Shown: positions 19,573 through 27,815 of the stretch, piece by piece | Layout of the letters: every line of letters begins with the position of its first letter | Position numbering within the stretch: position 1 is the stretch's first letter | DNA from: an uncultured virus (IMG/VR IMGVR_UViG_3300018405_000012) | Lineage: Duplodnaviria; Heunggongvirae; Uroviricota; Caudoviricetes | Strand: one strand, 5' to 3' | Virus record (IMG/VR): IMGVR_UViG_3300018405_000012 | DNA: 64,000 bases | Notes under the pieces: generated by a model | Database searches by the model: none | Told to the model about the DNA's origin: nothing | Seen by the model: only the letters and a program-made list of their open reading frames with translations | Translations under genes and position numbers: made by a program

Positions 19573-20556
19573 TTAGAGCACGAGTCCGGTAGTGGACACG
19601 TCATCGCTGTCGCTGAAGAACGAGACAGCTTGAGAGCGGGTTTTACGCTGCATCTCCATCTCCTTCTTCAGGCCTTCGAGTTCCTGCGCCAGGGCGCCGA
19701 AGGAGTGGTTTTCGATACCAAAGAACAGGCTCTTCGACGTTTGAGCAAACGACGGCATGAAGCCATCGCAGCTGTAAGGCACGAAGACATTCGGCTGAGG
19801 GTCATCCTGCTCGCGCTTGAGGTAAGCGGCCGAGATCGGGTCGGTCAGGACTTTCTCGAACTGATCGATGTCATCGAACAGGTGGATACGAGCCAAGCAC
19901 GCCGGGATATCGGTCGACTTGTTGAACTGCAGGAAGCTGGCGATGTCGGCAGTGTCCAGGCCGTGGTTACGGCGGCTGCACAGGATTGCCAGGGCATTGA
20001 TCATCAGATGGGCTTCACGGTCGATCGAGGAGCGCGGCACATTCGGACGGTTCATGCCGAAATGGATAACCACCGGCTTGTTGGTCATGCGACCGATGGC
20101 ATCGAGCGACTTGATGGTACCGATGGTGTTCTCGGCAGTCTTGATGGACTCGTGAGAACCGGTGACGATACCAACGGCCTGGTGACCGTCTTCCAGCAGC
20201 TGTTTGAGGATCAGCGGGCCAGCGACCGAACCCGTACCACCCGACGCCGTGAAGATCACGATGTTCATGTCAGCCGGCGCGAACTTACGCAGGATGTCAG
20301 GCACTGCCTTGGCAATGACCTTGTCGTTGCTGTTGCGGATCTTACCGGAACCGTCGAGGTCCTTGAACAGCCAGGTGTTGTTTTCCAGACCTTCGGTGAG
20401 GTTGGAATCGGAGGTGTCGACGAAGGCCACTTGGAAGTCAGCAATATCTGCCGAATGGCCTGGGGTCAGGTAGTCACGACCGATGTTTATCCCTCCACCT
20501 CCGCAAGCAAAAACCCTGATGGTTCCGACCGGACGAGCACTGAGACCGTTATGCAT
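19573..20556 (-). CDS. phuZ: PhuZ phage tubulin
   Basis: CGGGGINIG T1 loop, DTS, DGSGK, SGGTGS tubulin signature; C-terminus ...GLVL. Confidence 0.95.
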   Translation of the reverse strand: MHNGLSARPVGTIRVFACGGGGINIGRDYLTPGHSADIADFQVAFVDTSDSNLTEGLENNTWLFKDLDGSGKIRNSNDKVIAKAVPDILRKFAPADMNIVIFTASGGTGSVAGPLILKQLLEDGHQAVGIVTGSHESIKTAENTIGTIKSLDAIGRMTNKPVVIHFGMNRPNVPRSSIDREAHLMINALAILCSRRNHGLDTADIASFLQFNKSTDIPACLARIHLFDDIDQFEKVLTDPISAAYLKREQDDPQPNVFVPYSCDGFMPSFAQTSKSLFFGIENHSFGALAQELEGLKKEMEMQRKTRSQAVSFFSDSDDVSTTGLVL

Positions 20557-21316
20557 GGTGTTTTCCTTCTGTGGTTTCTTTGAGTTTTTGACGCTTGAGT
20601 CTGGCACGTAGAGCATCTGGTTTAATACCTAATTGTCTAGCAGCCTCAGCGTTACTTGGGTAAGTAACGCCATTGGCAGTTACTGGTTTTGCGTTTATCG
20701 TTGCCACAAGGGCTCTGAATTCCGGGGACTGTCTGTGTGCAAGGAGTCGGTCACGACTGTCTTCATCTTGCCATGCCTTGGTTCTTGCTGCAGCTAGCTT
20801 TTCTAACTCATCAAGTGATCGCTCGCGCCCAACGTGCTTAGCCCTGAATTCAGGATCTTTCCACAGTTCCTTAGAGCGCTCAGACTGCACCTGCCTGGCT
20901 GCCTCGTCAGCAAACTGGCGCCGAGCAGCTTCGCTCAGTTTCTTCTTGGCCTCTTCAGGGACCGGGACACCTAAGCCTGTTCGACGAGCATCGGTAGAGA
21001 CGTTAAACAGTCTGCCTTGACTATGGCCGCTGTCAAGCAAATGCTGTTCAATGTCAAGAGCTTCTTCTTTACTCTCAGCCTTAATGAAACCCAGGTCGAA
21101 ACGAGGATCGTCATCATAAGCCTTTTGTAAATTTGGGTTCCGGTGAGTCCCGTCTTTCAAACGGTTCTTGTGCTGATTAATGCGTGTGTAGAGGTTGTGC
21201 GTGCTGCCGACATATGCCCTGCCCGTCTTCTGATGAGTCAGGACATAAGCCGCTGGAAATGAATGTTCTTTCCTGGTCGGTTTGCCGCTCAATGGGGCAA
21301 GAACTATGTCGTTCAT
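20549..21316 (-). CDS. Free-standing GIY-YIG homing endonuclease
   Basis: AAYVL...YVGST...R...H...E catalytic pattern, NUMOD3-like region, C-terminal HTH (YPSNAEAARQLGI). Confidence 0.9.
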   Translation of the reverse strand: MNDIVLAPLSGKPTRKEHSFPAAYVLTHQKTGRAYVGSTHNLYTRINQHKNRLKDGTHRNPNLQKAYDDDPRFDLGFIKAESKEEALDIEQHLLDSGHSQGRLFNVSTDARRTGLGVPVPEEAKKKLSEAARRQFADEAARQVQSERSKELWKDPEFRAKHVGRERSLDELEKLAAARTKAWQDEDSRDRLLAHRQSPEFRALVATINAKPVTANGVTYPSNAEAARQLGIKPDALRARLKRQKLKETTEGKHHA

Positions 21317-21319
21317 TGC

Positions 21320-21391
21320 TTATTCCTCGATGACCCCGCACGAATAGATACGCACTTGGCCGACAGGACGAGTAGAAAGACCTTGAGACAT
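21320..21391 (-). pseudogene. Orphaned original phuZ N-terminus (MSQGLSTRPVGQVRIYSCGVIEE*)
   Basis: 23-codon ORF matching the PhuZ start MHNGLSARPVGTIRVFACG; own GAGGA RBS. Confidence 0.85.
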
Positions 21392-21452
21392 CTTGTGTTT
21401 CCTCTTTGGGGTTGAGCGATTAGTTGATGAAGCTATGATCGCTAGCATATGG

Positions 21453-21480
21453 ATAATGTGTGTCCATGAAATATTTGAGT
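21453..21480 (-). promoter_or_regulatory. Putative promoter of the phuZ operon, ACTC-N16-CACATTAT
   Basis: Recurring 28-nt motif. Confidence 0.55.
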
Positions 21481-21523
21481 GGCCAATCGTGTGTATGGGT
21501 TCTTAAACAGACAGGAGACAACT

Positions 21524-22351
21524 ATGGTCGATCATCTATCGCGGGCACTTGACACCATCAAGTTTGAAATCCCGCCAGAAGTGTTGCGCTACACCTTTTC
21601 CCCGACCCGTTATGACCCGTCGAAGAATGGTCTGATTCGCGACTATAGCACTGGCGTCAGCATGGACACCATCATTCGTCGCCAGATCATTGAGGGTAAG
21701 GTGATGATCGATATCAACCTCTGTTCGGGGGTTGAGGTGTTCATCCCGATGAAAAATGTCAAGAGTGAGCGGGTCGATAACTGGACAATGGTCTACACCA
21801 TCGATAAAGAACTGACTCAAGGACGAAGCATCACCGAAGTCTATGGACTCAGTTATGGTCAAGGCCATACTCTCGGAAATGTTGGGGTGATCTCCGAAGA
21901 CCGTTCGATGGTACTGGAAGCGGCTGCCGGGCTCATGCAGTCGAATGCCGCCTGGACACAGGTGCAGTCGGCGTACTGCACACTGGTAGCAGATAACGTG
22001 GTCATGGTCACCAACATGAACCGGGTGCCAGGCATTATGTACCTGCGCTGTATGGTTGCCCACGATCCGAACCTCGCTAACCTCCCCATGAGCTATTCGG
22101 ATGCTTTCTCGGAATTGTGCATCCTGGCTACCAGGGCGTACATCTACAACCGTACCATCATTCCATTGGACGAAGGTGCAATCCGAGGCGGTGCTTCGCT
22201 GGGCCGGATTCGTGAAGTCGTCGACTCGTATGCTGACGCTGCCACAATGTACAAAGAATACCTGCGGGATGAATGGCGCAAGCGTGGGGTGATGGCAAAC
22301 CGCGATCAGCATCGCAGACTCCTTCGCTATACTGTTGGGTCCCGGAGATGA
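21524..22351 (+). CDS. Conserved chimallivirus protein (possibly virion-associated)
   Basis: Start MVDHL with AGGAG RBS; 275 aa. Confidence 0.75.
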   Translation: MVDHLSRALDTIKFEIPPEVLRYTFSPTRYDPSKNGLIRDYSTGVSMDTIIRRQIIEGKVMIDINLCSGVEVFIPMKNVKSERVDNWTMVYTIDKELTQGRSITEVYGLSYGQGHTLGNVGVISEDRSMVLEAAAGLMQSNAAWTQVQSAYCTLVADNVVMVTNMNRVPGIMYLRCMVAHDPNLANLPMSYSDAFSELCILATRAYIYNRTIIPLDEGAIRGGASLGRIREVVDSYADAATMYKEYLRDEWRKRGVMANRDQHRRLLRYTVGSRR

Positions 22352-22370
22352 CAAAGACCGGAAACAAAGA

Positions 22371-22418
22371 AAAAAAGAAACAGCTAAGAGAGGGAGCGCA
22401 AGCTCCCTCTCTATGCCG
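22371..22418. repeat. 48-nt terminator element, identical copy at 38612-38659
   Basis: AAAAAAGAAACAGCTAAGAGAGGGAGCGCAAGCTCCCTCTCTATGCCG. Confidence 0.85.
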
Positions 22419-22422
22419 TCGG

Positions 22423-22812
22423 TCAGTGGACCATCAAAGAGATATCACGATCCAGCATGATTTTCTCCATTGCCGAGAGTTTCGGTTCAGGGAAAAGGCT
22501 CAGTGGTGCGGCCAGGGCGATGATAATCACCTGGGCGGCAGCATAGAGTTCAAGACCGATGAGATAGACACCGGCAATGAATGCGATCTGGAACAGGGTA
22601 CGACCGATCCGTAGCTTGCCATTGCTGACAAAGCTTTTGTAGATCGCCCGGCTGTAACCGTACGCATAGCCCAGGAAGAACTCCTTCAGATTCTGGGTGG
22701 TGAAAGCTTCACCTTTCGGATAGCCCTTGATCAGAGGGATGACAAAAGCGAACAAAATGATAGCGGCGATGAGCAACATGTCGACGATGTCGATAATGGT
22801 AGCGAAGTTCAT
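22423..22812 (-). CDS. Hypothetical membrane protein
   Basis: Two or three hydrophobic segments, AAGGAG RBS. Confidence 0.75.
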   Translation of the reverse strand: MNFATIIDIVDMLLIAAIILFAFVIPLIKGYPKGEAFTTQNLKEFFLGYAYGYSRAIYKSFVSNGKLRIGRTLFQIAFIAGVYLIGLELYAAAQVIIIALAAPLSLFPEPKLSAMEKIMLDRDISLMVH

Positions 22813-22840
22813 GGTAAAGCTCCTTACGGGAATGGGGTAG

Positions 22841-22864
22841 CCAGGATAGGACGTCCTATCCTGG
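22841..22864. repeat. Perfect 24-bp palindrome
   Basis: CCAGGATAGGAC|GTCCTATCCTGG, intergenic. Confidence 0.8.
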
Positions 22865-22884
22865 ATGCAGCGGTTGAGGAAGGG

Positions 22885-23259
22885 TTATGCAGCTTTGAAG
22901 TAACCTTCCGCCGTCCATCTGACGATAAAGGCCAGAGTAGCAGACTGACGAGGTTCGTGCAGATCCAGCATTTCACCGAGTTGATCGATGACTTGATTGG
23001 CTTCTTCCTCATCCATAATGACCGGATAGATGACACCATCGACCACGGTCATGTCGTGACTACCCAACTCCGGATTGGCTTTGAAGGTCTCGATGACCAT
23101 CTCGATGATGTCGTTATCGAGGGTCTCTTCGTTGTAGTGCTTGGAACTCACGGCCAGCAGGCGGTTGGCGCGGTCTTTCAGAAGGTCTGAAACTTTACGG
23201 CCAGCAATGACTTTCTCAACAATGGTGGTCAGTTCGGCTTTCATAGTGGCGATGCTCAT
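22885..23259 (-). CDS. Hypothetical protein
   Basis: 124-aa ORF, AGGAG RBS, downstream of the promoter motif. Confidence 0.8.
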   Translation of the reverse strand: MSIATMKAELTTIVEKVIAGRKVSDLLKDRANRLLAVSSKHYNEETLDNDIIEMVIETFKANPELGSHDMTVVDGVIYPVIMDEEEANQVIDQLGEMLDLHEPRQSATLAFIVRWTAEGYFKAA

Positions 23260-23318
23260 GGTGGATCTCCTAGATAGATCATGGTTAGACAGGTAGATTA
23301 TTCTGCCATGTCACGAGT

Positions 23319-23346
23319 ACTATGTAGGGTTGAAATTATTTCGAAT
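23319..23346 (-). promoter_or_regulatory. Putative promoter, ATTC-N16-TACATAGT
   Basis: Recurring 28-nt motif. Confidence 0.6.
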
Positions 23347-23362
23347 CAAATTTTCATGCAAG

Positions 23363-23394
23363 CGGCATAACAGGGAGGGGCGACTGCCCCTCCC
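23363..23394 (-). terminator. Hairpin plus TATGCCG
   Basis: GGGAGGGGC-GACT-GCCCCTCCC preceded on + by CGGCATA. Confidence 0.65.
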
Positions 23395-23413
23395 CTATGT
23401 TCGAATCAATCCA

Positions 23414-23734
23414 CTAGATCCGCGTTTTATAACCCTGCCGTTGCGCGTATATCGCCGCGAAAGCGACAGCTGTAAAGTAGACTGCACAAGCCAGTGCAAT
23501 GGCCACTGACCACGCACACAGCAAGAACAACAACACCAAGGTCCCCATGACCTCGAAGAAGCGGTGTTTGACAGCGCTCAAGAACACTTCCATATACCCC
23601 ACTCCATTGTCGTAGAGGCTGTTCTTCAGCGTCTTGTTATCACGGTAGTACCCGATGTAGGGAAACACTGCCATGAACAGGATGACAGCCACCACCGACC
23701 ATTCAATAACGGTTTTCATCTTCCGGCCCCTCAT
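23414..23734 (-). CDS. Hypothetical membrane protein
   Basis: Several hydrophobic segments. Confidence 0.7.
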   Translation of the reverse strand: MRGRKMKTVIEWSVVAVILFMAVFPYIGYYRDNKTLKNSLYDNGVGYMEVFLSAVKHRFFEVMGTLVLLFLLCAWSVAIALACAVYFTAVAFAAIYAQRQGYKTRI

Positions 23735-24116
23735 GATCCAACATCCCCAGGTATTCAGCCAATTCTTTTACACGGCCCTCGTGACTGACCTGGACCTTAC
23801 CCTCAGAGACAGTCAGGACAGGAATACCTTCCAAGATGTCTTCTGCACCCTTGCCCTTGTAATAGAACACCACCTGAGGTTCGCTCGTGGGCTCGCCATC
23901 ATCAGGTTCCATCACCCTGGTCAAAGGATTCAGGGACTCTGCCGACACCGCACTACCAGTCGGAATGACCTTGATCGCATAGCCTAGATCCACAATCTGA
24001 TTGACCGTGCTCATGAAGCTATCGTCCCAGTCACCCACCTGCATCCCAACGACAGGTGCCTTAGATTCTCCTATCGGAGCCAGTACGTCTTCCAGTGATA
24101 CGAATACATTGAACAT
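23703..24116 (-). CDS. Hypothetical protein
   Basis: 137-aa ORF. Confidence 0.7.
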   Translation of the reverse strand: MFNVFVSLEDVLAPIGESKAPVVGMQVGDWDDSFMSTVNQIVDLGYAIKVIPTGSAVSAESLNPLTRVMEPDDGEPTSEPQVVFYYKGKGAEDILEGIPVLTVSEGKVQVSHEGRVKELAEYLGMLDHEGPEDENRY

Positions 24117-24122
24117 GTCAGG

Positions 24123-24854
24123 TCACCATTTGAATGCAGCAGGTGGGCTGAGTGACTCCAGTGACAGCATACTAGCAACGTAGCCCTTCAGGAGCGCATA
24201 GTGAGCCGCACTGATCGGAGCAATGGAATACGGTTTCAGGTCATTCCACCGGGCATGGTCTTCAAGTAGCGGACCCTCTACCATCCATGCACCCTTACCC
24301 AGTGTTCGATCACCACCCAGTAAGATACCCCGATCACTCAGCACCTCAATGACCAGCTTGGTCCGATACTCTGGGACCGATCCTGCTTTGGGCATGATAT
24401 TAAGCTCAGAGTAAAACATCTTCGCTACAATCACTGGCCGGTATTCACGGGTCGCTGGGCTGTAGGTCACCAGCCAATGCTCATTGGAATTCTCCTGGTC
24501 AAACAGGAGTTTCTTATTGGGCTTGATGCAGTACTCATACGGGAGTTCGTATAGATACCAGCCATTCTTAAACTTCTTATTCTTGACATTGTCCCCAGGC
24601 CAAGCGATGTCTTTCCAACTGGCCATGTAACCGATGAAGCAGCCCATTATCGAAGGCGCCACCGATACCCTCGGTACTGACACGTTTTCCTTATTGGCAG
24701 CACGTCTAGGGACAAAGGGAATGAACTTACTGATCTCTCCGTCTAGACTCATGTGGTACATGGGTCCTGCTTCGTCAATGTGCGAGAACTTAACTGCAGA
24801 CTTGATGTTAGTAGGCTGAAGACTTAGCCATTGTTTAATTTCTTCGTTGTCCAT
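24123..24854 (-). CDS. Hypothetical protein, possibly a head protein
   Basis: 243 aa; C-terminal SLE motif resembling a prohead-protease site. Confidence 0.7.
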   Translation of the reverse strand: MDNEEIKQWLSLQPTNIKSAVKFSHIDEAGPMYHMSLDGEISKFIPFVPRRAANKENVSVPRVSVAPSIMGCFIGYMASWKDIAWPGDNVKNKKFKNGWYLYELPYEYCIKPNKKLLFDQENSNEHWLVTYSPATREYRPVIVAKMFYSELNIMPKAGSVPEYRTKLVIEVLSDRGILLGGDRTLGKGAWMVEGPLLEDHARWNDLKPYSIAPISAAHYALLKGYVASMLSLESLSPPAAFKW

Positions 24855-25325
24855 AGGACTTCCCCTAGATAGAATCGTTCTATATGATTCCCGCGAGACA
24901 GCATAAATAACCAGCCAGAAGCTGGTAGATTGGGGGAACTCCTCCTTCGATCTCGCTCACGCTGATCTCAGTCGGTCTTGAACTTACTGATGGATCGTAA
25001 TAAATTACGGTATCAATTAATGGTATGGTTATATGTTTTACTTAGTGTATATAGAGGGCTTCGCCCTCTTAAGAGCATTACCAGCATTGGTGATTTGTCT
25101 CCCTTACGCTACGCTACAGGATCACAAATCAGTAGTCTCCAAACCCCCCAGGATACCAGTGATACAGTACGAGTCTTTTTGGCCGAATTCCCCCCCCCTT
25201 TTTTCAAATGGGGCGAAAAACACCTATACCAATATGGACCCTATTGTAAAAGAAAAAGATCACCCGACAAAGTACCCCTACACAGCCTTCGAGAGGGACT
25301 GTGTAGGGGCTTTATGTCAGATGAA

Positions 25326-25742
25326 TCAGTTCAACCACACCGGCGCGATGTAGAGGTCCTTCAGCATGAGTTTGTCTAGGAAGAGTTCATCCTTCTTCGT
25401 CAAGGAGTGACCGATGGCGATCCCCGACTGATAATCGCTCATGTATCCCCAGATCTCGTTATCTCGCACCATGATGTCGAACGACACCTCATTGTCTGCG
25501 AGCAACCGGGTGATGTCACCACGCCAAGTCATCAGGTGGTTGACAATATCATCCACAGACATGTCTGCCGTCAGGTCCCTATGGAAGCCGGTCATGAACC
25601 ACGCAACCGACTGAATCATTGGAGCGGAGCGGGTAAAGACCTGCCGTTCAATCTCAGGGGGAATGGTGTTATTGGTGTACCGCGAGAGGGTGTCTACCAG
25701 TTGCTTGAATGTTTCAATGCGTCCGATAACATCGCTGGACAT
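25326..25742 (-). CDS. Hypothetical protein
   Basis: 138 aa, AGGAGG RBS. Confidence 0.75.
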   Translation of the reverse strand: MSSDVIGRIETFKQLVDTLSRYTNNTIPPEIERQVFTRSAPMIQSVAWFMTGFHRDLTADMSVDDIVNHLMTWRGDITRLLADNEVSFDIMVRDNEIWGYMSDYQSGIAIGHSLTKKDELFLDKLMLKDLYIAPVWLN

Positions 25743-25845
25743 GAATGTGCCTCCTGGGGCAAAAAAGAAACCCTGCCCATCTTAGCCAGAAATGGAAAGG
25801 GGGACCGCTGACTAAGACATCAGCGGACAGGGTTTCAAGTGTAGG

Positions 25846-26400
25846 TTACTGATCGTCCTTGAGGTTGAACGTCAGAAAGTACGTAGGGCTGATCTGGATG
25901 TCGCCCACTTGCAGCTTGGATTGGGGTTCCACGAACCGATCCAGAGGACCAATGCCATTGGCTTGATCAATGAGTCGCTTGTTACGCACATCCATCATCT
26001 CTATACGCTCTGTGAAGCCTTTACAGAGGTTATTGATGTTCAACCCTAGGGTGAGTTGGCCAGTGGACCGATCGTACGTTACAATGCATCCTAGGGCCTC
26101 CAACCGATCCATGACCTTATCAAGGATCTTGGAGTCATGGGCGGCTTTAAGTTCTTCAAAGATCAACGGATATGCCGGGTGCTCGATAGCCATGGCGCGC
26201 CATTCATGCTGAGTTATCCCTTCGACTACATCGCGGGTCAGACTACGAATCCGGCTACTTAAAGTCCCTTGCATTTCACGTTGTCCAATGGCTCCACCGA
26301 TGGATGATTTGACGGTATGGCTTTCCAGCATCAGCGTGGAAGCTGTGTTGTCAAAGTGGTCGTTGTTCTTCGGGGCGTAAAGATCTTGTTGAGTAGACAC
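25846..26400 (-). CDS. Hypothetical protein
   Basis: 184 aa, AAGGAG RBS, GTG start. Confidence 0.75.
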   Translation of the reverse strand: MSTQQDLYAPKNNDHFDNTASTLMLESHTVKSSIGGAIGQREMQGTLSSRIRSLTRDVVEGITQHEWRAMAIEHPAYPLIFEELKAAHDSKILDKVMDRLEALGCIVTYDRSTGQLTLGLNINNLCKGFTERIEMMDVRNKRLIDQANGIGPLDRFVEPQSKLQVGDIQISPTYFLTFNLKDDQ

Positions 26401-26439
26401 GGGTAAATCTCCTTACGATTTTGGGTTATATTCACCTGG

Positions 26440-26467
26440 ATCATGTAGGGTTGAAGAATATTCCATT
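26440..26467 (-). promoter_or_regulatory. Putative promoter (TACATGAT core, degenerate upstream box)
   Basis: Variant of the recurring motif. Confidence 0.5.
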
Positions 26468-26513
26468 CGTATCGGTATGATATTCACCTTTGATTCTCAC
26501 AGCAGGACTTATC

Positions 26514-27773
26514 ATGGCCACGCCTCCCCCTAACGTGAAGTCGTTGTTTGATGCGGCATGTCAACACATCACCATCGACCGCCAGTTTATTCGGCGCCTG
26601 CAGACGTACCGCCAAAACTTCGCCAACAAGAATGAAGACCATGTGGCTTTCTTCGGCGGACATTTGATGGGCGTACAGGACGTTCGTTTCACCCGCACCG
26701 ATCAGTTGGAATGGTTCACCAGCGTGATGGACATCGATGATGTCTCCCTGCAGGATGAACTGCTGGAATTGAGCACCCTGGTACCCGACCCCAAGAAGGT
26801 CCGTTTCGTATCGACCAACGTCATGAACCTGTCGTGCCTTTGGCTGGTCCATGCGATCTTCCGATCCAAGCTGACTGAGTCTGAGAAACAACAGGCCATG
26901 GTAGATGCCCTGTTGGTGTTGCAGTACAAGTTCATCACCTCCATCTTGGCTTACTGGTTCCCCAATAAGGCCGACGAAGCGGTGGCGGTAGCCACCTACG
27001 CTCGCCTCCCCAAGAAATACAAACTGAAGGAGTTGGGAAGCTGGGGTGCCTTGTTGGAATACCGTGCCACCGCTACCTTGGCCAAGGATTCCCCACATTT
27101 CAAGCAAAAGACGTTTCAGCAGTTTGACGATGACTACGGCATCATCTACATGGTCAACGACATCCAAGGTCGGATCAAGGGTTACTTGAAGAACATCCGC
27201 GACGAGTTCGAGATCGTGCGCCGTGATCCTACGGCATTGATCCGCAGCACCTCGAACACCTCGATCAATATGGATGGGGAGGTCATGGTCCGCAATCGCA
27301 AGAACGTCTACTCCACGTACCGCCGCTACCTCGACGAAGTCATGGCAGACCGTAACAGTTTCATCATCCGGGAACTTGCCGAGATCGTCGCAGGCACCAT
27401 GCCTAAGCTGCCCTTGCACAACATGCTCGAGTGCCTTGAGTACATGGCCAAACACTCCTCCAAGCTCAAAGGCGATCCCAACGTCACCCGTTTGGTGGAC
27501 CTGACCCTGGAGCACTTGTTTGACTTTATTGCGTCTAACCGCAACAGCATCAACACCAAGGACATCGCCACGCTGCTAGGGAAGCTCCGTAACCTCTACA
27601 CCGCCTCTCGTGCCAATAACGATCTGTTGCTTGAAATGAGGGACGTGGGTTACGATGTGGTGAAGAAGGCAGTCAAGACCAAGAACGATTCGCTGATGAA
27701 ATCCATCCGCACCGGTGTAGTTCTTTACATCGTCATTAGGACCGTATGTATGAACCATTACCGTAAAACGTAA
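26514..27773 (+). CDS. Conserved chimallivirus protein (phiKZ gp32-like)
   Basis: About 419 aa; F.NKN..H..FFGG.L.GV motif recognised from phiKZ-like phages. Confidence 0.7.
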   Translation: MATPPPNVKSLFDAACQHITIDRQFIRRLQTYRQNFANKNEDHVAFFGGHLMGVQDVRFTRTDQLEWFTSVMDIDDVSLQDELLELSTLVPDPKKVRFVSTNVMNLSCLWLVHAIFRSKLTESEKQQAMVDALLVLQYKFITSILAYWFPNKADEAVAVATYARLPKKYKLKELGSWGALLEYRATATLAKDSPHFKQKTFQQFDDDYGIIYMVNDIQGRIKGYLKNIRDEFEIVRRDPTALIRSTSNTSINMDGEVMVRNRKNVYSTYRRYLDEVMADRNSFIIRELAEIVAGTMPKLPLHNMLECLEYMAKHSSKLKGDPNVTRLVDLTLEHLFDFIASNRNSINTKDIATLLGKLRNLYTASRANNDLLLEMRDVGYDVVKKAVKTKNDSLMKSIRTGVVLYIVIRTVCMNHYRKT

Positions 27774-27780
27774 CGGCCAA

Positions 27781-27813
27781 CATAGAGAGGGGCGGGCGCC
27801 CCTCTCTATGCCG
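27781..27813. terminator. Hairpin plus TATGCCG between convergent genes
   Basis: CATAGAGAGGGGC-GGGC-GCCCCTCTCTATG. Confidence 0.7.
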
Positions 27814-27815
27814 TC

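Noticed and set aside
20549..21391. GIY-YIG as part of an intron or intein in phuZ
   Set aside because: No room for a group I core on either side and no intein termini; the downstream phuZ is complete with its own RBS
24978..25379. + strand ORFs of 133 and 106 aa
   Set aside because: Atypical codon use and no clear RBS; they run through hairpins and homopolymer tracts
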